Shown here piece after piece: positions 38,220 to 49,458 of a stretch of 64,000 bases of DNA (positions are counted from its first letter, which is position 1; every line of letters begins with the position of its first letter). This DNA comes from Rhizobium sp. F40D2 (GTDB taxonomy: Bacteria > Pseudomonadota > Alphaproteobacteria > Rhizobiales > Rhizobiaceae). Position numbers and translations under genes: made by a program. The notes beneath the pieces are model-generated. The model saw only the letters and a program-made list of their open reading frames with translations. It was not told the DNA's origin and searched no databases. The stretch lies in assembly GCF_051810745.1 (NCBI RefSeq), contig NZ_JBPWQX010000004.1; one strand, given 5' to 3'.

Positions 38220-39542
38220 TCAGACGCGATAGTAGCGGTTGGCCCGGCGTTCAGCTTCCTTCATCGCATCTTCCGGCGACATCTGGCCGGTAACGGCGGC
38301 GGCATACATGTCGACCAGAACATAGTCGGCCATGGTCGCTGCCGAGGCGTAGCCGAGCGGGCCGGCATAGCCGTTCGGGCGCAGTTTTTCCGAAGCGCGC
38401 GCATAAGGCGCGTGGACCGGATCGGCCGTCCAGATGGGGTTCTTGGCGAAAGCCTTGAGCGGCTGGCAACAATAGGCGCTGGAGCCCTGGATCCAGGCAT
38501 TCATCTGGTCGGCCTCCATCATGAACTTGATGTAGGCCTTGGCCGCTTCCGGATATTTGCTGTGCTTGAAGAGAAGCAGCGAGCTCGTCTGGCAAAGCTC
38601 GACGCTCTTGCCGACGGGGCCGATCGGGAAGTTCGTCGTGCGGATGTCTTTGGCGATCTCGGCGAGCTTCGGATCGTTCTTGGCCGTGTAGTAGACCGAG
38701 ACGCCGTTGGCGATCAGCGAGACCTGGCCGGCCAGGAAGGCGCGGTTGTTGTTGACGTCCTGCCAGCTTTCCGTGCCCGGAATGAAGGTCGCGTAGAGCT
38801 CCTTGGCATAGTTGATCGAAGCGAGCGTCTCCGGGCTGTTGATCGTCACCTTGCCGCTTTCATCGACCATCATGCCGTTATGGCTCCAGAGCAGCCAATG
38901 GGCGTAGTTGTTGCCGTCGCCGACCGCCTTGCCGTGCGGGAAGCCGGCGGGCGTGCCCTTTGCCTTCATCGCCTTGCAAAGCTCGAGGAAGCCTGCGGTA
39001 TCATTCGGGAACTCGTTGAAACCGGCGGCCTTTACATGGCTGTCTCGATAGACGACGGCATTGCCGATCGCCGTCAGCGGCATGGCGATGAAGGTGTCGC
39101 CGCGGGTGGCATAAACCTTCAAACCGTCGTACCAGCCCTCATACTTGTTGCCGAGATAATTGCCGAGTTCGGTGAGATCGACCAGCTTGTCCGGATATTG
39201 GTGGGCGTCGTCGAACCAGCACATGATGAGATCAGGGCCGGAGCCGACATTGGCAGCCACCGCAGCCTTAGGGCGGATGTCTTCCCAGCTTTCCTTGTCG
39301 ATGCGCACCTCGACGCCGGTCGCCTCGGTGAATTTCTTGGTGTTGGCCAGCCAGGCCTCCTCGTCGCCCTTGACGAAGGGCGTCCAGCGCAGCAGGCGAA
39401 GGCTGGCACCGCTTTCCGGTGTGTAGGTCGGCTCGGCCTGCGCCAGGGATGGCCGAATACCGAGGCCGGCGGCGCCGGCGACGGCAGCCGAGGCGGCAAG
39501 AAAGTCACGTCTTCTGATCCTCATGAGATTCCTCCTCATCAA
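38220..39542 (-). CDS. carbohydrate ABC transporter substrate-binding protein (family 1) with Tat-type signal
   Basis: MMRRNLMRIRRRDFLAASAAVAGAAGL... (twin-arginine RRDFL). Confidence 0.75.
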   Translation of the reverse strand: MMRRNLMRIRRRDFLAASAAVAGAAGLGIRPSLAQAEPTYTPESGASLRLLRWTPFVKGDEEAWLANTKKFTEATGVEVRIDKESWEDIRPKAAVAANVGSGPDLIMCWFDDAHQYPDKLVDLTELGNYLGNKYEGWYDGLKVYATRGDTFIAMPLTAIGNAVVYRDSHVKAAGFNEFPNDTAGFLELCKAMKAKGTPAGFPHGKAVGDGNNYAHWLLWSHNGMMVDESGKVTINSPETLASINYAKELYATFIPGTESWQDVNNNRAFLAGQVSLIANGVSVYYTAKNDPKLAEIAKDIRTTNFPIGPVGKSVELCQTSSLLLFKHSKYPEAAKAYIKFMMEADQMNAWIQGSSAYCCQPLKAFAKNPIWTADPVHAPYARASEKLRPNGYAGPLGYASAATMADYVLVDMYAAAVTGQMSPEDAMKEAERRANRYYRV

Positions 39543-39674
39543 AAAGCGGGTGCGAATTCTTCGGCGTTCACCTCCCGCTTGGTGAACGACGATCCTTGCA
39601 TCCCTGAGAGGGGATGCGGCCGGCCTTCAGGCGACGAGAGGGCTCCTCCACCCTCGCCCCGCCGCCGGACGGCG

Positions 39675-40741
<1,067 letters not shown>

Positions 40742-40890
40742 ACTCACTCCTCCCAGAAATCGAGCGCTACATGCTTATGTATTCGTATCTCACTATGTCT
40801 TGCGGCGGCTGCCATCTCTCCCAAGTCCGTCAGCCACCGCAATCCCGCATCTGTGGGGGTGCCCGAGTGGGACCTCCCTCCGCCCTCTCC

Positions 40891-41883
40891 TCAATCTCCT
40901 CGCGACGCACCCGGAGCGTCTTCGGCGAGGTAGACCTCGATCAGTTCGTCGACGCTGGTTTCGGCGGTGAAGCCCAGTTGCGTCGCGCGTTCAGGCGCAA
41001 AGGATTTCGGCCAGCCGGCGACGATCCCTTCGATGACCTCGTCGCGGCGGCGATCGATCAACTCGACCGCCTCGGGGCCGGCCGCCCGGCGCAACGCGGC
41101 GATCTGATCGGCAACGGTGGCGGCAACGCCGGGCATGGTGAGCGTGCGCCGCGCACCGAGCGACGATGTGTCAAGCGTCGCGGCGTGGATCAGAAATTTG
41201 ACGGCGGAACGTGGGCTTGCCAGCCAGTGCTTGACCGTTTCCTCCACGGGCAGAACCGCCCGCTGGCCCGCCAGCGGCTCCCGCAGGATTCCGGAAAAGA
41301 AGCCCGATGCGGCGGCGTTCGGCGCGCCGGGCCGGATCACGATGGTCGGCAATCGAATTCCCACGCCGTCGATGAAGCCGCGGCGTGAATAGTCGGCCAG
41401 CAGAAGCTCGGATATCGCCTTCTGCACGCCGTAGCTGGTGAGCGGCGCCTGGACGTAATCGTCGGGGATCGGATCGGGAAACGGCGAGCCGTAGACCGCA
41501 ATCGACGAGGAGAAGACGAAGCGGGGAACATAGGCTTGCCGGCTTCCCTCATGACGGATCGCTTCCAGCAACGCTCGCGTGCCATCGAGATTGACCCGGT
41601 AACCGAGTTCGAAATTGCGCTCGGCCTCGCCGGAGACGATCGCGGCGAGATGGAAGATCACGTCGGCCCGGCGGGCCGCCAGGGCTTGCGCCGCATCGCC
41701 TTCGGAAATATCGGCAGCCAGGGCTTCGACCGAGGCAACGACGCCGGCTGGCACCGGCGGCGGCGCGATATCCACAAGCGTCATGCGGGTGATCGTTTGA
41801 GCACCGAACGAACCGCTGCGCGCCAAGCTGGCGGCGAGCTTCCGGCCGATCATTCCTCCCGCTCCGATAATGAGAATATGCAT
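40891..41883 (-). CDS. NAD-dependent epimerase/dehydratase family (extended SDR) protein
   Basis: Rossmann fold GAGGMIG with a YxxxK-containing fold. 330 aa. Confidence 0.7.
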   Translation of the reverse strand: MHILIIGAGGMIGRKLAASLARSGSFGAQTITRMTLVDIAPPPVPAGVVASVEALAADISEGDAAQALAARRADVIFHLAAIVSGEAERNFELGYRVNLDGTRALLEAIRHEGSRQAYVPRFVFSSSIAVYGSPFPDPIPDDYVQAPLTSYGVQKAISELLLADYSRRGFIDGVGIRLPTIVIRPGAPNAAASGFFSGILREPLAGQRAVLPVEETVKHWLASPRSAVKFLIHAATLDTSSLGARRTLTMPGVAATVADQIAALRRAAGPEAVELIDRRRDEVIEGIVAGWPKSFAPERATQLGFTAETSVDELIEVYLAEDAPGASRGD

Positions 41884-41934
41884 CCTATTCCCCCCGTCTT
41901 CGATGTCTCGTCTCTGCCGCTCTTCGCCCGCGAA

Positions 41935-42666
41935 CTACGCGAGGAGCAGCTTGGTTGTCGTATAAATGCGGGTTTCATGGATCGCGAAGGCCGCGCATGC
42001 GGCATCCGGATCCCGCGTCTCCAGGCCGGCGAGGATCAGCCGGTGATCGGCGATGCTCGTGGCGATCGTTCCGGGCTGCGATACGACGCGCCTGCGGTGG
42101 CTCAGAAGATAGGAATAGAGGTCGGCTGCCATGTCGGCCAGCACGGCATTGCCGCTGGAACGGTAGATGGCGGTGTGAAATTCCCGGTCGCAGATCAAGA
42201 AACGGACGGGATCGTCACAGGCGGCTTCCTGTGCCGCAATCGACTTGCCGAGATAATCAAGCGTCGACGATTCCATCTTGACCGCGGCAGCCCTGACCAC
42301 CTGCGCTTCGATCAGCAGCCGCGCCTCATGAACATTGTCGAGACTATAGGCCGCAATGTCGCGATAGCGCGCCGCCTGGACAGCCAATTCGCCGACATCT
42401 GCAGATGCCACCACCGTGCGGGTTCCCTGCGCAACCGAGAGAATTCCATGCGTCGAGAGGATGAGGATGGCGCCGCGGACGGTCTCGCGGCTGACCGAGA
42501 GCGCGGCAGCCAGCTCACGTTCGCTGGGCAGTGGATCGCCGGTTTTGAGGATGCCGGTGGCGATGAAGGTCGCAATCTTCTGGACGACGAAGTCTTTCAT
42601 CGACTTCTTCGGCGCTCCGCCAAGCGTCGCTACCTCTTCGAGCATCGCTCGAACATCCATTGCCAT
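41935..42666 (-). CDS. GntR/FadR-family (FCD domain) transcriptional regulator
   Basis: N-terminal GntR HTH (LPSERELAAALSVSRETVRGAI) plus an FCD ligand domain. Confidence 0.75.
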   Translation of the reverse strand: MAMDVRAMLEEVATLGGAPKKSMKDFVVQKIATFIATGILKTGDPLPSERELAAALSVSRETVRGAILILSTHGILSVAQGTRTVVASADVGELAVQAARYRDIAAYSLDNVHEARLLIEAQVVRAAAVKMESSTLDYLGKSIAAQEAACDDPVRFLICDREFHTAIYRSSGNAVLADMAADLYSYLLSHRRRVVSQPGTIATSIADHRLILAGLETRDPDAACAAFAIHETRIYTTTKLLLA

Positions 42667-42852
42667 GCCCCTCCCTGAGGTCTACTGGTCCGGTAAGTGG
42701 GCCAGTAGACCTCAGGGGGAAGAGGTTGTCAACGCTTGATGTCGGCAATCCACTCCGCTGTAATTTGGAGCGGTTTTATGAAGGGCAAGATCGGCATGAA
42801 GCGAAATTCAATGCGATCAAACCGCTGGCCACGGTCGGGCTCGTGGTGATGC

Positions 42853-45501
42853 TCAAGCCGCGGTGGAGACTTTGCCAAGCCGTTTGATCGCCTGCTCCAG
42901 CGGGCGCTGGCCATCGTCATAATCTTCCCAGGCAGTCGATTTCCACAGCAGTGCCGGCACGGTGCGGATGGTGAAGCGTTTCGGGTCGAGATCGGATTTG
43001 ACCTGGGTCCAGGTCAGCGGCATCGAGACGGTGGCGCCCGGCCGGGCACGGGGCGACAACGGCGCTACAGCCGTCGCCATCCGGTCATTGCGGAGATAGT
43101 CGAGGAAGATACGGCCGTTCCTCAGGCTCTTGTTCATTTTGATCAGATAGAGATCGGGATTGTCGCGCGCCATCTGCTGGCAGACGTCGTGCGCAAAACT
43201 CTTCGCCTCAGCCCAGGAAAGCGGCTTGCGTTTGTTGATCGCAAGCGGCGTGACGACGTGCAGGCCCTTACCGCCTGTGGTCTTGCAGAAACCGATCAGG
43301 CCCAGAGCGTCGAGACGGTCGCGCATCTCACGGGCGGCGGAAACGACTGTCGAGAACGGCACGTCGGGGCCAGGGTCGAGGTCGAACACCAGCCGGCCCG
43401 GCACCTCCGGCTTATGCGGTTGGCAATTCCAGGGATGCAGCTCGACAGCGCCGATCTGCGCGACAGCAGCCAGGCCCTCGACCCGGTCGATCTGTAGATA
43501 GGGCTTCTTGTCGCCGAAGACCTTGACCAGTTCGAGAAGGTTGGAGGTGCCGGGCATCGCATGGCGCTGGAAGAATTGCTCGCCCCCGAGCCCATCGGGC
43601 GCACGAATGATCGAACAGGGGCGTCCCTCGATATGCACGATCATCCAATCGCCGACAGCCTCATAATAGCGGGCCAGCTCCTCCTTGGTCACCGGTTTGC
43701 GGTCATTGGCATCCGGCCATAGCGGCTTGTCCGGGTTGGAGATCATCACGCCCATGACCTCGGCTTTGGCGCCCTTTCGGCGGGCGGGCCTCGCCTTCAC
43801 CTCCGCCTCCGCCGGCTCCGGCACGTCGGTCTCTGCGGGCTTCGCCGGCCGTTCGGCCTTGACCTCCCTGGCCGGCTTGTCCTTCCGCAGGCCCTTGAAG
43901 GCCGCCTGGCGGACGATGCCGTCGGCGGTCCAGCCGGCGAACTCGATTTCCGCCACCAGCTTGGGCTTCAGCCAGGTGACCTCGGCCTCCTTCTTTGGCG
44001 CGCCGATGCCGGTGAAGGGCGATTTTGCCGTCTCGAGCGCTTGCAGTTTCGGAAGCAGCGTTTCCACTTTCTTCGCGCTATATCCCGTGCCGACGCGGCC
44101 GACATAGACGAAATGGTCGCCGCGGTAGACGCCGACCAGCAGGGATCGGAATTTGCCGTTGGTCTTGGCGTAGGCGCCGATCACCACTTCGTGGCCGGCG
44201 CGGCATTTCGACTTCGCCCAGCTTTCGGTGCGGCCCGATTGATAGGGTGCATCGCCCTGCTTGGAGACGATGCCTTCCAGTGAGAGCTTGCAGGCGGAGC
44301 GAAGGACCGCATCGCCGCCGGTCTCGAAATGCTCGACGAAACGGAGCCGAGAGTCGTCACCGGCATCCGCCAGCAGGCTCTGAAGCCGCGCCTTGCGCTC
44401 GACGACCGGCAGAGATCGTAAGTCCTCGCCACCCGCGTAAAGAAGATCGAAGGCGAAATAGACAAGATCGCTAGTCCGGCCTTCCGAAATGGCGGCCTGC
44501 AGGGCTGCGAAATCCGGTACGCCATGGTCGTCGAGAGCGCAGATCTCGCCGTCGATGATGGCGTCGGGCAGCACCGATGCCGCCTCGGCGATCTCTGGAT
44601 ATTTGCCGGTCCAGTCAAGCCCTTTGCGGGTCTTCAGCGTCACCTCGCCGTCAAGGATGCGCATCTGGATTCGGTAGCCGTCGAACTTGATCTCGTGAAT
44701 CCAGCCCTCGCCGGCCGGCGGCCGCTCCAGGGTCTGGCAAAGCTGCGGTGCGATGAAATCCGGGAGGTCGACCCTTGCCGCCGTTTTCGGCGTCCTGCCT
44801 GCTCGGCCCTCCTCCTTCCTCTCTTCGGCCGCCAGTCCGTGGTTGCTGTCCCAGACGGCATCCGCCTGAACAACGCCGCCCTTGATCATGAACGGTTTTG
44901 GTTTGCGGCCCTTGCCGGCAGCGATCGCATCCATCGTCCGGCCGGAGGCGACGGAGGTGTCGTTGTCTTCCAGGACGGCTGCGCCATCCTCCTCGACCGA
45001 GAACGCGTCGTGGTGTTTGATCAGCAGCCAGTTGGTTCGCTTGCCGCCGTCGCGATCATTGCGCATGCGCACCAGGACGAAGCTTCCGCGCAGCCTTTCG
45101 CCTTCCAGGGTGAACTTGAAGTCGCCCTTGGCAAGCGCCTGCTCCGGGCTCTTCTTTCCCTCGGGCTCCCAATAGCCGCGGTCCCACAACATCACCGTGC
45201 CGCCGCCATATTGGCCTTTCGGGATCGTGCCTTCAAAGTCGCCATAATCGAGCGGGTGGTCCTCGACCTCGACGGCCAGCCGCTTGTCGTGCGGATCGAG
45301 CGATGGGCCCTTGGTGACAGCCCAGGATTTGAACACGCCGTCGAGTTCGAGCCGCAGATCGTAATGCAGCCGGGTGGCGTCATGTTTCTGGATGACGAAG
45401 CGACGACGATTGCTGCGCGCGATCTGCTTCTCGCCGTTCGGCTCCGCCGTTTTTTGAAAGTCGCGCTTCGATCTGTATGTCGAGAGGTTGTCACTGGCCA
45501 T
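42853..45501 (-). CDS. ligD: multidomain NHEJ DNA ligase D: N-terminal 3'-phosphoesterase, central ATP-dependent ligase, C-terminal primase-polymerase
   Basis: 882 aa. The PE region reads [17 protein letters not shown], ligase motif I is EIKFDGYR, and the C-terminal LigD Pol domain follows. ATG at 45501. Confidence 0.85.
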   Translation of the reverse strand: MASDNLSTYRSKRDFQKTAEPNGEKQIARSNRRRFVIQKHDATRLHYDLRLELDGVFKSWAVTKGPSLDPHDKRLAVEVEDHPLDYGDFEGTIPKGQYGGGTVMLWDRGYWEPEGKKSPEQALAKGDFKFTLEGERLRGSFVLVRMRNDRDGGKRTNWLLIKHHDAFSVEEDGAAVLEDNDTSVASGRTMDAIAAGKGRKPKPFMIKGGVVQADAVWDSNHGLAAEERKEEGRAGRTPKTAARVDLPDFIAPQLCQTLERPPAGEGWIHEIKFDGYRIQMRILDGEVTLKTRKGLDWTGKYPEIAEAASVLPDAIIDGEICALDDHGVPDFAALQAAISEGRTSDLVYFAFDLLYAGGEDLRSLPVVERKARLQSLLADAGDDSRLRFVEHFETGGDAVLRSACKLSLEGIVSKQGDAPYQSGRTESWAKSKCRAGHEVVIGAYAKTNGKFRSLLVGVYRGDHFVYVGRVGTGYSAKKVETLLPKLQALETAKSPFTGIGAPKKEAEVTWLKPKLVAEIEFAGWTADGIVRQAAFKGLRKDKPAREVKAERPAKPAETDVPEPAEAEVKARPARRKGAKAEVMGVMISNPDKPLWPDANDRKPVTKEELARYYEAVGDWMIVHIEGRPCSIIRAPDGLGGEQFFQRHAMPGTSNLLELVKVFGDKKPYLQIDRVEGLAAVAQIGAVELHPWNCQPHKPEVPGRLVFDLDPGPDVPFSTVVSAAREMRDRLDALGLIGFCKTTGGKGLHVVTPLAINKRKPLSWAEAKSFAHDVCQQMARDNPDLYLIKMNKSLRNGRIFLDYLRNDRMATAVAPLSPRARPGATVSMPLTWTQVKSDLDPKRFTIRTVPALLWKSTAWEDYDDGQRPLEQAIKRLGKVSTAA

Positions 45502-45694
45502 GGTCGTTTCCGAATCAGCATCCCCAAAGCACGGAATGCCGGCTGGCGGCCGGAAGTTCCATGATAGAACTCATCGGAGCGCTCGGCTTGTCAGCCTATC
45601 CGATTTGTCGGCGACAGCAGGCCATGAAAATTTCGCCTTCGCGTTGTATCGTTCTCGTGCTTCAAACGTTAATTGCTACCACCGGGATGCAAAC

Positions 45695-47461
45695 ATGCGC
45701 GTTGACCAATGGCTCTCCCTTCTCCTCATCGCGCTTATGATGGGGGCCTTCCTATGGGGGCGTTATCGATACGACGTCGTCGCCGTGAGTTCGCTTCTCC
45801 TCGCGGTCATTGCCGGCATCGTGCCTGCCAAAATCGCCTTTTCCGGATTTGCCGATGACATTGTCATTATCGTCGGCAGTGCGCTGATTGTCAGTGCGGC
45901 GATATCCAGGTCGGGGATCATGGATCTGGCGCTGCGCCGATTTTCTCCCGAAAGACGCGGGCCGCGGATGCAGCTGATCATTTTGGTTGCCATCGTTGCA
46001 GCCCTGTCGGCTTTCGTCAAAAATATTGGTGCGCTGGCGATCATGATCCCGGTTGCCGTGCAGATGGCCAGGAAATCACGCGTGTCACCGTCGATGTTCC
46101 TGATGCCGATGTCTTTCGCCTCGTTGCTCGGAGGGCTTATGACACAGATCGGCACATCGCCTAACATCATCGTTTCCCGGGTGCGCGAGGAGATCACCGG
46201 GCAGCCGTTCACGATGTTCGATTATACGCCTGTCGGCCTGGCGCTCTCGGTCGCCGGCGTGGCCTTTCTGGCACTGTTCTACAAGCTGCTTCCCGAAAGA
46301 TCGCGGGTGGAAACGTCGATGGATGAGGCGGTGGCGATCAAGAACTACACGACCGAAGCCAAGGTCACCGCGCCATCTGTGGCGATTGGCCGGTCTATCA
46401 GCTGGCTGCAGAAGCCGGCCGGCGGCGATGCGATGGTGACCGCGATTATTGGCGGCAGCGGCCGAAGACGAACGCCCCTACCCGACACCGTCCTTAAGGA
46501 TGGCGACCTCCTCATTATCGAGGGCGAGCAAAGCGCCCTCGATAAGATTGTCAGTGAAGCCAAGCTCCAATTGTCCGATCGTAAACACGAGCCCGAGACC
46601 CGCCGGGACATCAGTTCAGTTGAAGCCATCGTCGGCGAACATTCCCGCCTGATCGGTGTCAGCGCAAAAGATGTCTCTCTCTTCCACAACACCGGCCTCA
46701 ATCTTCTTGCCGTGAGCCGCCGGGACAGGCGCTTCACCGAGCGTCTGGGTGAGATCAAGATCCGCAATGGCGATGTCGTGGTCTTGCAGGGCAACTTGCA
46801 GAAGCTGCCGGATCTTTTACGCGAATGGGGATGTTTGCCGCTGGTCGAACGGGATCTGAAGCTTGGCAATGCCCGCAACGGCATGATCCCCGTCATGATC
46901 CTGCTGGCGACGATGGGGGCGACGGCTTTCGGCGGCGTTCCCGTCGCGACGGCATTTTTTGCCGCCGCCTTTCTGATGGTGGTGACCGGATCCGTTCCCT
47001 TGCGCGATGTCTATCATCATCTCGATGCGCCCATTCTGATCATGCTGGCCACTCTTATCCCGATCAGCGACTCGCTCAGAACCACAGGGACCACCGACAT
47101 CATAGCCGACCTCCTGTCGCGAACCGCCGAGATGCTTCCCCCATTCGGCGCCCTGGCTCTCATCCTGGTTGCGGCCATGGCGGTGACACCGTTTTTGAAC
47201 AACGCTGCGACCGTTCTGGTCATGGCGCCGATCGCAGCGACCTTTGCCGCCAAGCTGGGCTTTCGGCCCGATGCGTTTCTGATGGCGGTTGCCATCGGCG
47301 CCGGCTGCGATTTCCTCACGCCGATCGGCCACCAGTGCAACACACTGGTCATGGGGCCGGGCGGATATCGATTTGGCGACTATGCGCGATTGGGCCTGCC
47401 GCTCTCGCTGATTGTCGTGCTCGTCAGTGTGCCGGCCCTGCTGGCAGTCTGGCCGATCTGA
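45695..47461 (+). CDS. SLC13/DASS-family anion permease with two internal TrkA-C domains
   Basis: ATG at 45695 (MRVDQWLSLLL...). The track start 45488 lies upstream in-frame. Duplicated transporter halves flank the TrkA_C domains. Confidence 0.7.
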   Translation: MRVDQWLSLLLIALMMGAFLWGRYRYDVVAVSSLLLAVIAGIVPAKIAFSGFADDIVIIVGSALIVSAAISRSGIMDLALRRFSPERRGPRMQLIILVAIVAALSAFVKNIGALAIMIPVAVQMARKSRVSPSMFLMPMSFASLLGGLMTQIGTSPNIIVSRVREEITGQPFTMFDYTPVGLALSVAGVAFLALFYKLLPERSRVETSMDEAVAIKNYTTEAKVTAPSVAIGRSISWLQKPAGGDAMVTAIIGGSGRRRTPLPDTVLKDGDLLIIEGEQSALDKIVSEAKLQLSDRKHEPETRRDISSVEAIVGEHSRLIGVSAKDVSLFHNTGLNLLAVSRRDRRFTERLGEIKIRNGDVVVLQGNLQKLPDLLREWGCLPLVERDLKLGNARNGMIPVMILLATMGATAFGGVPVATAFFAAAFLMVVTGSVPLRDVYHHLDAPILIMLATLIPISDSLRTTGTTDIIADLLSRTAEMLPPFGALALILVAAMAVTPFLNNAATVLVMAPIAATFAAKLGFRPDAFLMAVAIGAGCDFLTPIGHQCNTLVMGPGGYRFGDYARLGLPLSLIVVLVSVPALLAVWPI

Positions 47462-47524
47462 CCGGCGGATTCTGCCCGTGGCGCGAAGCAATTCAGGTTG
47501 CGCCGGCGGCGCAGCCTTGCAGCG

Positions 47525-47785
47525 TTATTTCCACTGCGTCGCGTCACCGGCAGCGCAGCCATACGGCGGCAGCGAACTGGCAAAGGTGATTTTCAGCTTG
47601 GCGCAGCCCCAGTTGTTGATCGGGCCGGGCATAAAATTGTTGAGGGTGATGCCGATTTCATCATAGGGGCTGTCGGTATTGGAGACATAGCGATACCAAC
47701 GGAAACCGGTAAAAACGACAATCGCAAGAGCGATCGTCAGCAGCAGGCGGAACAATTTTTTCACGATAATTTCCTTTAAATGCAA
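47525..47785 (-). CDS. small membrane-anchored protein (86 aa), function unknown
   Basis: An N-terminal TM helix (LFRLLLTIALAIVVFTGF) with a C-terminal Cys pair. It lies in locally lower-GC DNA. Confidence 0.35.
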   Translation of the reverse strand: MHLKEIIVKKLFRLLLTIALAIVVFTGFRWYRYVSNTDSPYDEIGITLNNFMPGPINNWGCAKLKITFASSLPPYGCAAGDATQWK

Positions 47786-47878
47786 ATGGCGCCGTTTAGC
47801 ACTCCGATGTCGAAGCGGAAAGCTCGTAGTGAGAATTGAGATATCGGGCGGCGCAATCGATCTTCAACGGAATCTGCA

Positions 47879-48364
47879 ATGACCATCGAAGCAGGACGTA
47901 ATTCACATCCGATCCACTTCATCGGCGCTTTCGCGACCGGTGGGCTCCTGACGTTCATGGTGCATCTGAACGGGGAACTGGCACGTTACGGCAATCCGCT
48001 GTTCTCGTCCTGGACCGCGCACGGCACGGGCATGGTCGCCGCCGTCATTCTTCTTTTGGCGATCTACCGCCGACGCGCTCCGATGGCGGGAAAAGCTGCC
48101 AGAGCACCCTTGTGGGCCTATCTCGGTGGGGTATCCGGGGCCGCAACGGTTATTTTGACCTCGACCGCGGTCAACTCGCAGCTCGGGCTCTCGGGCACCT
48201 TGGCTTTGGGGTTGGCAGGCCAGGTCGTCTTCAGCCTGGCGGCCGACAATTGGGGACTGTTCGGTCTGCCAAAGCGTCGCCCCGACATACGAGACACCGC
48301 CGCGCTCGGCATGGTCCTCGCCGGCGGCGCACTCATTATCCTGTTTGGGCGAGGTGGGGCGTGA
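47879..48364 (+). CDS. DUF606 (YdcZ-like) DMT-superfamily membrane protein
   Basis: 161 aa with 5 TM helices. It has an adjacent paralog. Confidence 0.6.
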   Translation: MTIEAGRNSHPIHFIGAFATGGLLTFMVHLNGELARYGNPLFSSWTAHGTGMVAAVILLLAIYRRRAPMAGKAARAPLWAYLGGVSGAATVILTSTAVNSQLGLSGTLALGLAGQVVFSLAADNWGLFGLPKRRPDIRDTAALGMVLAGGALIILFGRGGA

Positions 48365-48801
48365 CGGTGTTCATTCTCATTGCTTGCCTCGGCGGCGTGC
48401 TCGTCGGCCTCAGCCGTCAGCTCAATGGGCGGTTGAGCATATCGACCACGCCGCTCATCGCATCCTTCTGGAACCATGCCGTAGGCTTTGCTGTGTTGAC
48501 CTGCCTTGGTCTCGTTGCCGGAGGCCTGCTTCCTGCCGGCGCCGCCGAGGCGCCTTGGTATATCTATCTGGGTGGTCCGATCGGCGTCGTTTTCGTAGCG
48601 GCCGGCAGTTGGTCGATTGCGCGCATCGGCGCGGTCAATACGGCTCTGTTGATCATTGGCGGCCAGATGGTCACCAGCGTGGCGCTGGATTATGCGCGCG
48701 CTGCTCCGACCTCGTTCTGGGCGAACGCGACCGGAATTGTTCTCATCGTCGGCGGAATGATGGTCAGCCGCAGGCGACGCAAAAGCGGCGGCTCGCAATA
48801 G
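48361..48801 (+). CDS. DUF606 (YdcZ-like) membrane protein, second paralog
   Basis: The GTG start overlaps the upstream TGA as GTGA. The track ORF 48112..48801 extends upstream in-frame. Confidence 0.55.
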   Translation: MTVFILIACLGGVLVGLSRQLNGRLSISTTPLIASFWNHAVGFAVLTCLGLVAGGLLPAGAAEAPWYIYLGGPIGVVFVAAGSWSIARIGAVNTALLIIGGQMVTSVALDYARAAPTSFWANATGIVLIVGGMMVSRRRRKSGGSQ

Positions 48802-48843
48802 CCGCCAGCAATTCTGCCGAAGCCGTCAAAGACAAGGTATCGG

Positions 48844-49062
48844 CTAATTCGCGCGTCCAAGGGTGGTAAGGGCGTCCTGCAGTCTGAGTGCCGCAAGCGC
48901 CTTCGTCGCCTCATCCGGTGACCATCCGGCCTCCAGCGCCGCAGCCAGCACCAGCGATTCCGTTTGAAGCTCGAGCTTCTCGTAAAGCGGCTCAAGGGCT
49001 TCGCGCGCTGTGACAACGTGCTGGTCCGGGGGAGTGATGGATGTTGCGGCAACCGTAGGCAT
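48844..49062 (-). CDS. hypothetical small protein (72 aa)
   Basis: MPTVAATSITPPDQHVVTAREALEPLYEKLELQTESLVLAAALEAGWSPDEATKALAALRLQ... A ~400-bp noncoding leader precedes it. Confidence 0.3.
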   Translation of the reverse strand: MPTVAATSITPPDQHVVTAREALEPLYEKLELQTESLVLAAALEAGWSPDEATKALAALRLQDALTTLGRAN

Positions 49063-49458
49063 GAAATGCTCCTCCTATTGAACGCTAAGGTTCGAAACCC
49101 GTTAGGGGCATCCTTGTTCCGTGCAGATCGCATTTTGGCCTAGTATGACAGAACGTGTTCTGAAATCCCGACGTCGATACTTCGCCTTTGAGGCCTTCTA
49201 TAGCGCCGAGCGAAAACCTTCTATTAAGGCCAGCAGGCAAGCTACCGCATAATTGCGTAAATCGGAAGCGACTTGAGGATTGTGCCGCGATTCGGGGCGT
49301 TGCCGCGTTTGTTGGGCGTCGTGAAGAAGCGCCGAAGCACCCATACCCCGCACATGAATACCCGATCGCCCTTGAGCAGCATCGTATCCTCGATGTTTGC
49401 AGAGCATGACGACACCGGGCATTCCCCGGAAAGACAAGCAAGATACAGATACCTGCCT

